From Setoptus koraiensis (Eukaryota; Animalia; Arthropoda): a DNA stretch of 64,000 bases. Where the stretch lies: NCBI GenBank assembly GCA_048013815.1, contig CM106585.1, positions 6,944,001-7,008,000 on the forward strand, in the 5' to 3' direction. Below the pieces are notes generated by a model, which saw only the letters and a program-made list of their open reading frames with translations, did no database searches and was not told where the DNA came from. Position numbers and translations under genes: made by a program. Positions 27,519 through 37,622 of this stretch are shown here, one piece after another. Position 1 is the stretch's first letter. Every line of letters begins with the position of its first letter.

Positions 27519-29341
27519 CCAAGACGACGACACGTATCCGCGGCTCTGACTGGATGTTGCGTCATGATATGACGATATGATCGATTTAATATTGCTGCCG
27601 TGTGCTCATAAAGTGATTCGGCTCACATGCTGCAGGCTCATAATGGACAAAGCAATTCACTGGCTAGAAATGGGGCCCCTCCCGTGCGCCGAAATGGTGC
27701 AACATCACTTGCCGGGCCAGCTTTCCAGCGCCAGTGTGGTGGGCCGTGCCGGCGCCCGCCAGAGGCAGCGCTGTCAGATAAGATCTATCGTCAGTCGTCT
27801 AGGCAACTTTTCAATAATGATCTGCATAGTTGCACCGTATTACCGCAGACAGTTCCTGTTGTGTCGTCGTCGTCGGCAACAACAGCGCCACCGACAACAA
27901 CCACGCCGACAACAACGCCAACAACGCCAACAACGACAGCGACAACAACAGCAGGCTGAATATGCGAACTGTCTCGCGCTCTCTATACACTGTGGCACGA
28001 GGATATTTAGTTAAGGGATTGTCGTAGTGACCATTCACTCCGGCCCCAACCGCCGCCTACAACAAGGCACAAAACACAACAACAAGGCACAACAGTTGCG
28101 CTGTTGTTGTTGTCGTGTGTCTCTTGAGTCGCGCCTGACTCAGTCATTCAATTTCCGGCCACTAGAGTGACTGTCCAAATCGACAACAACAACAGCAGCC
28201 AGCCAGAAAGGATTACAGTGGCCCGCGTGTCGCCGCGTTATCATGCTCGACGTGGCGCGGCCATCTATTCACAATGATAATAAGTTGCCGCAACCAAGTG
28301 TAAATGAGTCACCTTTGGGGCGCCCCAATTCAAGTTGCCTGGCAGTTACTTTGTGCGCCAATGAGGGCCCGACACTTAGCCAGACACACACACACATAGA
28401 TGGGCACAAACAAAGGTCCAACGGAATCACTTTGGCAGCTGCGCCCTATCAACGTCTCGATGGACGACAGACCGGACGTTCGCGGAGATTGGCTGAGACG
28501 GGCCGAGATTGCGTCGCACAATGCGCAGCGTGATGCAAACTCGAAGCCGACGGCACCTAATTTGCATGTTTTGCTCTCTGTCGCTGGGGCCAACATTGGG
28601 CGGCCCGACTAAGCTGGCAATTAATTGATTCGGGCTGATACAAACGAATGCGTGGACGCAGAGGATGAAACAATAATTATAATCACAACAATTACAATTG
28701 TGATTTGCGGCGCCGAACGGCTGCCGGGCAACGCGTTCGCCGGACAGATGCGGCCAATGCGCGAAACAGAACAGAGAGAGAGAGACATGATTTTATGGCG
28801 ACCATTTTTTTGCCGGCCTGTCGTGCCGAGTCGTCGGCTCAGAGCCGTCGCAAATTTTGAATATTCCCGAGCTCGAGTTGGCCGTGCAAACCGACGATGA
28901 GTCTCGCCGGCCGGTGAGTGCGCCAGAGTTTCCTCTGGCCCAGCGGAATCGCATCCGGCCCGGCGCGGTGCGATCGGCCAGGCGCGCGGTCAGCGGCGAA
29001 CAGCGTGTCATCGGCACTGGTTATGTTATGGGTGGGCGTGCATTTTGATTATCTCACTTGATTTCACAGGCGGCGCAAAATTGCCGCGATAATGAAACCG
29101 GCGATCGGATAAGCTTACCCGAGATATCGCTGCCGAGACTGCTGCTGCGATCGACAGGATCGATAGGACCGATAGGATCGACAGGATCGACAGGATCGAT
29201 GGCTGATTGGATTATAGTCTGATTAGATGAATGGCGTGTGCCGAGGGGCGCACATTAACCCGGAGCGAGCCTCTTTTTGGGGCCGGCAGGCGAGAGTTTT
29301 GGGGCCGAGTGTGTGGCGGCAGTTGCGTAGTGCGTACTCAC

Positions 29342-29665
29342 CTGCATTGGGTTGGTTATTGTAAATTTGGCCTGTTTCTTGTAATATACTTCGTTTTGGC
29401 TAAAATGTTCACTATTCAGCAGAGTCATGGTGAAATCAACCACACAGGCGGTGTTTGGCGAGGCGTTACGAAGCAATAGGTGAACGCCGAGCACTTTCTC
29501 ATTAGGGCGCTGAAATGAGATTGCCCAGCGATGGTAGCCAAAACAAAAGTCTTTTGTCGTTGCATCGCGATGAAAATCGCGCGTCACCGATTTAGTCACT
29601 ATAAAACGGAATATGCCAGTTTCGGCCCGATCGTTCAATTTTTCAAAACGCGTCAACAGGGCCAT
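29342..29665 (-). CDS. Exon 1 (108 codons) of a conserved tandem MATH/TRAF-like domain protein of unknown function
   Basis: ATG at 29665 gives MALLTRFEKLNDRAETGIFRFIVTKSVTRDFHRDATTKDFCFGYHRWAISF...LGVHLLLRN...VDFTMTLLN, a MATH-like beta-sandwich pattern. Ends NPMQ|GTGAGT, phase 0. A 5' UTR acceptor is possible at 29725. Confidence 0.85.
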
Positions 29666-31591
29666 AGCTCCATCAATATCAACAGCAGCACCAACAACAA
29701 CAACCGATGTGATAAATATATGTGCTAAATATATCGTTTCACCGCTAGTGAGAGGCACTGCCAAGCGATAATTTAGCCGATAGTTGACTTTTGACTTTAT
29801 ACGATGATGATGATGATGATGATATAGTGACTATAATTATAAGATTATTTGACACTGTTGTTTGTAACACTGGTGCTATTGTCGTGTTCGGAAACGATGC
29901 CTTACAATATATTCAGGCGAACACTTTGAACACAATGCAGCTTTGTTACACAATATAGCCACACAATATACTGACGCCGCTCAAATTGATCATGTGTCGC
30001 TGCTGGCGGCTTAGCGAAATTGCCGGCTCAAATTGCTTGCTACTTTGGGGGCCGGCTTAATTAATTAGGACACTCAACGTCAACGGAGTGTATGTGTCTT
30101 GTGTGTAGTAGTCGCTGCTTGTATGCGTTGGCGCCCAAAACTGACTGATGATGATGCTTGAGCAATTTTCGCTCTAATAAGTGCCTATTGTCGTCGTCGT
30201 CGTCGTCATTATTATATAATAATCATGTATTGGTGTTGCTATGTTTCGATTGCTCAAGCCAGCCGGCCAGCTAAATCTAAACTGACAACTAAGTGCTCGA
30301 AATATACGAACTATAATCAATTGTTTTCAGGCCTCAGTTGGCCTAGACCGGCCTGGAAATAAAATGATTCACCGTCTAGGGGTCATCATCGCTCGTTGCT
30401 ATGACCAGTAAACAAACTATTGTTTGCAAAAGGCAACTATCTATGGCTTTACCATTGACGTTGTGTTATAATGATGTTGAATGATATTGTGCGCATGTGA
30501 CCATTGACAAATATATCCGACCATTGGACTTGATTGAACTCTTTCTTTTTTCAAATTTCACCATCAAATATCAACCATTCAAGCATCAATTCAACACACA
30601 ACACAATTTAATGCGACGCGACGTCTTTGCCAGTCTATCTGTGGCTATCTATCTGTGAGTGCTGTTATTATTGGTGGCGTGCTCAATGAATAAGCGCGTT
30701 ACGTAACATGAGCTGTCTACAATTGACCATTGAGTCCACTCTGATATTGCTGAAATGAGTGAGATGTTGTTGTTGTTGCAGATGGTGTTGCGTTGGTCTT
30801 TGGCCCTCTCAACATGCTTGTTGGTGTTTATTTAATGCCATCACTATCGCTAGCTTAATGTGTCTTGAATGTTTACGTAACTCACTTCACTTTTGCCGGC
30901 TTCGATTGGCCGAAGGGTGCTGCTGCTGCTGTCGTATTTGTTGCTGTTACTGCTGTTACTGTGGTTGATGGTCATCCACTTGGCTGTGGTTGATATATAT
31001 ATATATATATATGCCAACTGGTGAGGGGAGCTGGGTCAGCTAGCGACCGACAGAAGTGAGCTGGAGTGGAATATTTCGTCTGGCGCGCTGACCGTTACAA
31101 TTGAAATTCACAAACACTGTGGCACCGGCATAAGTGTGACCTAGCCGAGCGGAGATAATAAAATGACACGAAATAACATTAGTGACTAGAGAGTGGCAAG
31201 CAAACTCCGATGTGACTACACTAGTCTCTTAACTAACCACAACAATGCTACACATTGTCACTACACTATATCGCTGACCGAGAGGCCCGCTCAAATGGCA
31301 ACAAAATCATTGATTTGCGCACTCTCTGTGCCCAAATTCACGGGCCCCAAGCAACCCAATGGCACCTGTCATGCGCTCTCGCCTTAACAGTTATCAGACA
31401 AGGCAAATACATTCGAGGCACTTGATTGCACCGGACTGTACCGGCGTAACAGTACATCGCGATTTGATAAAATAGAGATCCATTAGAGAGAGCATGAGAG
31501 AAAGAATTTTTCGTTCGAAAGCAATCTTTAATACAATTTTATATGTCCGTCATAATTGTCACAATAATCGCACAAGGGGTGGCAGTGGCGC

Positions 31592-31810
31592 TTATTCCAA
31601 CGCTTCCAATTTGTTCCTATATTTGTCCAGTTTGTTCTGGAGCAAATTGAGATCGCCCACGGCAAGACCGTACACCATGTTGTCGGGCAACAGGACAGTT
31701 TTGTATTCGCCTGTCACGATCTTCCTGATGAGACTCTGTTGTTTTTTGATGCGGAGCTCATACAATTTGATCAGATTCTCCAGATCTCCTTTCGTTGGCG
31801 CTTTCGGCAT
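31592..31810 (-). CDS. Orphan 72-aa intronless helical/coiled-coil protein (candidate)
   Basis: True ATG start, non-repetitive and protein-like (MPKAPTKGDLENLIKLYELRIKKQQSLIRK...LQNKLDKYRNKLEALE). ATTAAA ~60 nt downstream; divergent from the RFXAP-like gene. No family recognised. Confidence 0.5.
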   Translation of the reverse strand: MPKAPTKGDLENLIKLYELRIKKQQSLIRKIVTGEYKTVLLPDNMVYGLAVGDLNLLQNKLDKYRNKLEALE

Positions 31811-32244
31811 GATGAGCTGTTACTGTTCCCTTACTGCCCGTCAATAATGTGGTTTTATTGGGGATAAAAGAATAATTTCATCGGTGATGATCGGCTATAT
31901 TCTATGAAAATACCTAAATACCCAAATAACTAATGTATCTTGAATGGAATACATGTGGCGATAAATGAATAATAACAATAATCAGGCGGACATCTGTTGG
32001 CCCAACCCGTTCATGTTGTGTGCATAGAGCACGCTCTAACAATTTATACCGCTCGGGTACTCGTGGCGCCGCCGCCGCACTGAAACGTAACCATCGCACG
32101 CCCACCTTTACAGACACGTCCCAGCAACAACAATACCGAGGCTTGCATTTGTTTGTACTGACGAAATGGCCGACTACAAGTGTATTCAAGCTCTGAATGG
32201 TTATCCTTACTACAGTACAAAATCTATTTATCACCTTCTAAGAT

Positions 32245-32743
32245 ATGGCCGATTCATCAATCGTTAATGGACCCGCAGAAAATTCCACCACTATTACACC
32301 AGAGGACGCATCGAATTCTAATCTAGAGACTTCTTCCAATAGTAATAGCCATCTGTCGCAACAAGCGTCCAGTCTGTCACAACAAAACCACCAACAACAA
32401 CAACAGCAGCAGCAGCCACTACAAAATCAAGCGCCCGACTTCAGCCAATTCAATTGTGACATTATACTTCGTCAGATACTCAATGAAAAGAAACTCGTAA
32501 GTTCATGTTGTTTTTATCTCACAAAAAAAAAACAACGCTGTTCGGCCATTTTTTGTTTATTTTCTAACATCAAATAGTCGCCACTAACAATTATCGACAA
32601 TCCCTCCCCTATTCACTCTATTTCCCTAGAATCTTATGAGATCTCCTGAAGTTACAAATTTCTTCAAACAGATCGCCGACAAATCATTCATGTCCCCCAG
32701 CACGGACAGCAATAGCCAAGATGCGAATAATTTACACAATTGA
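32245..32743 (+). CDS. RFXAP: Regulatory factor X-associated protein-like (C-terminal RFXANK-binding motif); exons 32245-32496 and 32630-32743, 121 aa
   Basis: GTAAGT...TTTCCCTAG intron, phase 0. The spliced IILRQILNEKKL-NLMRSPEVTNFFKQ matches the RFXAP motif LLEQVLNQKRLSLLRSPEVVQFLQKQ. Confidence 0.75.
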
Positions 32744-32771
32744 CGCCCCCATTCGATCATATCAAATTAAA

Positions 32772-32966
32772 ATGAGTAATGCTTTACAGCTTCCACCCGA
32801 GATACAGGTTCTATTGGATGAAAATGCTCTCCTCATCGAGATCATAGCTGAATATAATCGAAAGGGCAAGGCAGTGGAGTGTTATAAATATCAAAGTGTC
32901 CTCAATAGGAACCTATTGTATTTGACAAAGTTGAGACAGATTTTCAAGCAGACGAGGAATCTTTAA
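32772..32966 (+). CDS. SSXT-domain protein (SS18/SS18L2-like), 64 aa as read
   Basis: PPEIQVLLDENALLIEIIAEYNRKGKAVECYKYQSVLNRNLLYL matches the SSXT pattern IQxxLDxNxxLIxxIxxxQNKGKxxECxxYQxxLHxNLxYL. Confidence 0.85.
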   Translation: MSNALQLPPEIQVLLDENALLIEIIAEYNRKGKAVECYKYQSVLNRNLLYLTKLRQIFKQTRNL

Positions 32967-33248
32967 CGTTAGCTTTAAATAAAGCTAACGTGGCTAATCC
33001 AGCATCAGCAACTTCGACTAAAAATATAGATCCGGACACCAACCACTCAGAACTAGCTACTACTAATAGTGATCATCAGTTGAACTGATCAAATGATGAT
33101 TGAAATCACGATGGACGTCGACAACAGAGTGCGAAATGGAAACTAAAACCATCATAATTATCATGGCATGTAATGTTGATTGATCATGTAATAAAAAAAT
33201 GTTCATCCTAATCAATAGAGTCACTACTGTTGGATATGTTTAGTTTTA

Positions 33249-33956
33249 TTATCTCTTGCTGGGTCCCAATTTCATGGCCTTGCCACCACTTCTAATTGGT
33301 TTCACAGGTTTCTGTTGTACCTCTTCTAGGGATGGCTCCGCCTTAAAACCTTCAAACGTATTAGGATTGTTCCCAGAGCCCATCAAACTGGAGAGAGGCT
33401 TGTTGGAATTATGATGGCCTAGCTCTTGGCTCCTCTTTAGAGCCTTGATTTCTTTTGCCTTTTCCCTAGCTTTGTCTTTGGCCTCTCTTTCTTGGTTCAA
33501 TCTCATATTGAGATAGATACGCTCCTCGTGTGAGTCCATATCCATATACGTGCGTAATTGCGCTGTATTCTGCCTGTAGCCCATTTGTACCATTTCGTCC
33601 AAGGCAAATAATAGTGTGAATCTGTTCTTGATGATTGCTGCCTCATCCGATACACCAGCTTTACCACCTGCCGTTGAGGCGTACTCATTGATAACACGAA
33701 CAAATATTCTAAGCGTCTCAATATCCTCCAGCATATTGGATTGTTTATCTGTTATAAGTACACAATAAAGATTATTCAACGCTTGATATACATATCTAAC
33801 CTCCTCTGTTTCAATAAAAGTGTGCTGTTTGTCCTTAGTTATGAGCCTAGTGAAAGCAATTAATAGTCCCTCCACCTTTGACTTGGTCATATCAACATAC
33901 TGCTTTGCAATCAGTACGTCACCTTTCTTTGTGACGATAGCTGCTGATTGTAACAT
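33249..33956 (-). CDS. ARCN1: Coatomer subunit delta, N-terminal longin domain plus helix only (235 aa, intronless)
   Basis: Motifs AKQYVDMTKSKVEGLLIAFTRLI, QHTFIETEEVRYVYQ, LITDKQSNMLEDIETLR, DMDSHEER, EAKDKAREKAKEI, KAMKLG, then TAA TAA. Confidence 0.93.
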   Translation of the reverse strand: MLQSAAIVTKKGDVLIAKQYVDMTKSKVEGLLIAFTRLITKDKQHTFIETEEVRYVYQALNNLYCVLITDKQSNMLEDIETLRIFVRVINEYASTAGGKAGVSDEAAIIKNRFTLLFALDEMVQMGYRQNTAQLRTYMDMDSHEERIYLNMRLNQEREAKDKAREKAKEIKALKRSQELGHHNSNKPLSSLMGSGNNPNTFEGFKAEPSLEEVQQKPVKPIRSGGKAMKLGPSKR

Positions 33957-34639
33957 CTTGGATCAGTTATGGTAGTTAGGATATTTTTTCTATCTTCTTT
34001 ATTAAATACGAGCATGCACTGATCAATTTCGTGGACGATGTGATTTAATTTGGTAATAAATAATTATAAACAATAATAATAGCTAATAGAAATTGATATT
34101 GAGACTCCCGATTTGAGAGATGTTGCCGCTTGCAAATCCGGTTAGGGATCAGTGGTTGCTGATTGATCCTTTTGCTCACCATATGATCAGGACTGCCCAT
34201 ACCCGACGCGCGTACCCTCACCGCTCCTATAGGTATAGAGGTTCAATTATCCGGATTGGTAACAATTAAAAAGCACCCAGATCACAATTGCCTCATTGAA
34301 GTGTCCATGTCATAGTTATGTAGATTAATTATGTTGAAAAGTGACAACATTTATGAACAAACTGAGGTCTACTTCTGAGAATTAATCTTGAAATTTTGTC
34401 TAGGCTCGCGCATAAATAAATACCCAGCACCGGCCGGAGGGTATCCGAAGTCTGTTCGGGCTATATCAAATAAATTTATATGATGACGAAATATTAATAG
34501 GACAGAGGCCGGCTTTATAAAATATTTTTTTATTTTCCGATACACTATAGATACCATTAATTTGAAATCCTTCTTCACATTTTATTCTTGTACATTCAGC
34601 TATATTTAACCTCTGCCAGGATACTATAGTGATACAAGT

Positions 34640-36055
34640 ATGTCTCTAGCGGAGAAACTGTTAGCTGATCTGGCCGACGATTTGGATGACGAGCCACCCA
34701 TGCCGTTGGCTACAACTAGCTCACTATCAACTGCTATCAAGCAAGAGCCCATTTATTCTGACCAAATAAACATGACCATCAATATCGACTCAAAGTTGCC
34801 ATCCTCTAGCATGATCTCAAAATTTAACGGTTATGATTCTATCAAGCAAGTCACGAAGTTGTACAATTCTCCAGATCTGAACCAAATAATCGCAGATATT
34901 GAAGAGCGAAACAGAATGCAAGTAGGAGAAGACTTCACACATGTGGACGATAAGAAAAAAATCCCCATAAGTAAAAGTCAAGTCGAAGGACCAATAGAAA
35001 CGCATCCAGAGTATCAATTGCTGGTCAAAGCTAACAACATAGTTGCCGAAATCGATGATGAGATAAAGCTGATTGACAAATTCGTGAGATCTAAGTACTC
35101 AAAAAGGTTCCCTGAACTCACAGTTGCCGACCCTATGGAATATATGCTCACTGTAAAACTATTAGGAAACAATTTAGCACAAGCAAAAACTAACGAGCAA
35201 CTCACCAAAATACTTGACCCTAAAACTAGTATGTTAGTCAGTATGACTGCATCAACTAGTAGAGGAGTTGAATTGAGCGATGGCGAGCTCAGCAATATAT
35301 TAGAGGCATGCGATATGGCGATAGATCTTACTAACATCAAATCAACTATCTTGAGCTTCGTCGAATCTAGAATGACTTTTATAGCACCAAACATGTCCGT
35401 TATAGTTGGCGCTTCTGTTGCTGCCAAATTGTTGGGTTTAGCTGGAGGTCTAACTCAACTTTGCAACATGCCTTCGTGTAATATATCGGTGTTAGGTGCA
35501 CCAAAATCCACAAGCTTAGGTCATAAGACATCATCTCTTCCTCCAAGAATGGGTGTCATTTACACCTGTGATCTAGTACAAAGAGTCCCGAAAGATATAC
35601 TTCGGGACGTCAGGAAACGAGCTGTAAATATGGTCGCAAATAAGATAGCTCTGGCAGCAAGATGTGACGCAAGCCATGCCACACCTGATGGAGAGGATGG
35701 AAGACTATTCAGGGAACAGATTGAAAAGTCTATAGGTAAATTACTTGAGCCACCTCCTAAGAAAGCAGCCAAGCCCTTGCCTGCCCCTATCGACAAAAGC
35801 CGAAAGAAGCGTGGCGGTAAGAGGGTGAGAAGAATCAAAGAACGAACAGCTATCACGGAGATGAGGAAGGCCGCAAACAGGATAACATTCGGAAACGTTG
35901 AGGACGACGCATACCAGGAGGATCTAGGATTCTGTAGCGGTCAGTTAGGAAAGACAGGCAAGATAAGAGGGCCCCAAGTGGATGAGAAGACCAGAGTGCG
36001 GATCTCCAAGGGATTGCAAAGAAACTTACAGAAGTATAAATCATATTTATTCTAA
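34640..36055 (+). CDS. PRPF31: U4/U6 snRNP protein Prp31 (NOSIC/Nop domain), intronless, 471 aa
   Basis: MSLAEKLLADL, EGPIETHPEYQLLVKANN, YSKRFPEL, FIAPNMSVIVGA, ALAARCD, PLPAPIDKSRKKRGGKRVRRIKER, RKAANRITFG, RISKGLQRNLQK. Confidence 0.97.
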   Translation: MSLAEKLLADLADDLDDEPPMPLATTSSLSTAIKQEPIYSDQINMTINIDSKLPSSSMISKFNGYDSIKQVTKLYNSPDLNQIIADIEERNRMQVGEDFTHVDDKKKIPISKSQVEGPIETHPEYQLLVKANNIVAEIDDEIKLIDKFVRSKYSKRFPELTVADPMEYMLTVKLLGNNLAQAKTNEQLTKILDPKTSMLVSMTASTSRGVELSDGELSNILEACDMAIDLTNIKSTILSFVESRMTFIAPNMSVIVGASVAAKLLGLAGGLTQLCNMPSCNISVLGAPKSTSLGHKTSSLPPRMGVIYTCDLVQRVPKDILRDVRKRAVNMVANKIALAARCDASHATPDGEDGRLFREQIEKSIGKLLEPPPKKAAKPLPAPIDKSRKKRGGKRVRRIKERTAITEMRKAANRITFGNVEDDAYQEDLGFCSGQLGKTGKIRGPQVDEKTRVRISKGLQRNLQKYKSYLF

Positions 36056-36159
36056 TGTTGATGTTTTCGTTTGATAATTGTTTCGCTTTAGTAGTATGTT
36101 GGTTTAGACATTTGAATAAGATGTAATAAGCTTCTTCAATTATATACTTTTTTTTTAGA

Positions 36160-37131
36160 TTATTGTGTCCATGATGGAGCACCAGACAATATGGGTGGTC
36201 GTTGGATACGATTTTCACGAGACATCTGAACTTGATAGCCGCGACTTCCTAGATCCATGACAGCCTGCTCTGCGGCGAATGGTGAATCGAAATTAACAAA
36301 TCCGTAACCTAAGAGTTCGATATAATATGATGACAGTTGAATGAGATATTGATTATAGATTCCCATGAAAATGAAAAGGTGCCCTCGCCTTGATTAGCAG
36401 ACGACGTTGTGTGTGAAAGATAGGAATAGGTCAGCTTACCTTTACATTCATTTGTGTTACGATCAAGTATGGCTTTGGCCGAGACTATGTTTCCATATCT
36501 GATGAAGAGAGGGAGAATGTGGTGTGACATGTGGATGAGGGGGAGATATAGGAGCATTAGAAAATGGAAGTATCGATAAATTCGGCACATTTTGTCACAT
36601 GTGACAAAAAATAATTTGAATTTCGACTCACCGATTGCACAAATCGAGCAAGTCTTCGTCTCCGGTGTTTGGATCTAATCCTCTCAAGTAGAGATTAGTT
36701 TTGCTCAATTGGCGCATATTGCCATTTCCGTTACCGTTGCCGTAGCGTGCTGGCGGTCCTTGGCCGCCGCCATTGCCGCCATTGCGACGAAAATCAGGTG
36801 GGGATCGGCGTCCGAATGATCTATCAGAGCGAATATTTTCTTTAGACATTCGCGCTTGGTATCCGCAATTGGTGAGCTCTCTCACGGCAACAGCGGCCTC
36901 GCTTGGTGATTCAAAATTAACAAATCCGTAGCCCTTGCATTCGTTAGTTAAACGATCGGTAATTGATTTTGATGAGACAATGGTACCGAATTTGTTACAT
37001 AACGAGAATAGATCATCATCATTAGTTGTAGAGCTCAGTCCTCTGATGAAGACATTTGTCTTGCTCAATGGTTCGTGTTCTCTGCGCACCTGGTAGGCCA
37101 TGGGGCCGGTTCCGTTGCTGTATCGGTTCAT
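36160..37131 (-). CDS. RBMS/alan-shepard-like RNA-binding protein with two RRMs; exons 37131-36632, 36498-36440, 36308-36160
   Basis: Two RRMs, each beginning LSKTN(V/L)(F/Y)(I/L)RGL with RNP1 KGYGFVNF. GT-AG introns in phases 2 and 1 restore the second RRM. Extra 5' exons are possible. Confidence 0.85.
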
Positions 37132-37439
37132 GGTATGATCATATGTTGGCGTACACGCTAGTGGTAATAATAATGACAATAGTGTTGCTGTTTGTTGTTA
37201 TTAATATGCTTCTTGCGATAGTGTTGCCTATGTATGCGGATGATGATAATAGCTGCTTGTCTAGAGTTGCAAATAGCCGATAATAGTAATAATGTTAATA
37301 GTGATGTGCTGCTTGTAAATTCGATAAATAGCCACTGGATATGCCTGATATATTCCTGATGATGCCTGGTATATGGTGGTGATATAGCGATACAATATGC
37401 TAATGATGGCAATAATATTGATACGAGTGATGATGGTAT

Positions 37440-37622
37440 ATATAATATATATATATATGTATACGATATAATATATGATATAATAATATATGATATAATA
37501 ATAATATATGTATGTATATATATATGTATGTATGTGTATATATATATATATATGTATGTGTATATATATATATACGGATATAATAATAATAAGATGATGA
37601 TAATAATAATAATAATAATAAT
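37440..37622. repeat. (AT)n/(ATGT)n/(AAT)n microsatellite cluster
   Basis: Read directly. Confidence 0.9.

Larger units (their letters stand above)
8087..29341 (-). other. ~21.3-kb first intron of the MATH-like gene
   Basis: GTGAGT donor at 29341 and gtgtAG acceptor at 8088-8087. The phase-0 join gives NPMQ-GVPRWILMSDLIERRF, continuing the conserved family sequence. No intervening exon was recognised. Confidence 0.75.

Noticed and set aside
10000-29000. Dozens of 60-180-aa ORFs in the large intron
   Set aside because: Overlap in all frames and are dominated by microsatellite translations (CVCV, polyT/L/Q); expected in GC-rich, stop-poor DNA.
34105-34260. Structured GC-richer stretch with slight SRP-RNA-like words (TCGGGT...ATATGGTGA)
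   Set aside because: Lacks the SRP helix 8 motif and a Pol III terminator layout; more simply part of the delta-COP/Prp31 bidirectional promoter.
35014-35856. Antisense ORFs within Prp31 (and similar ones opposite the lipases)
   Set aside because: Shadow ORFs of real coding sequence.
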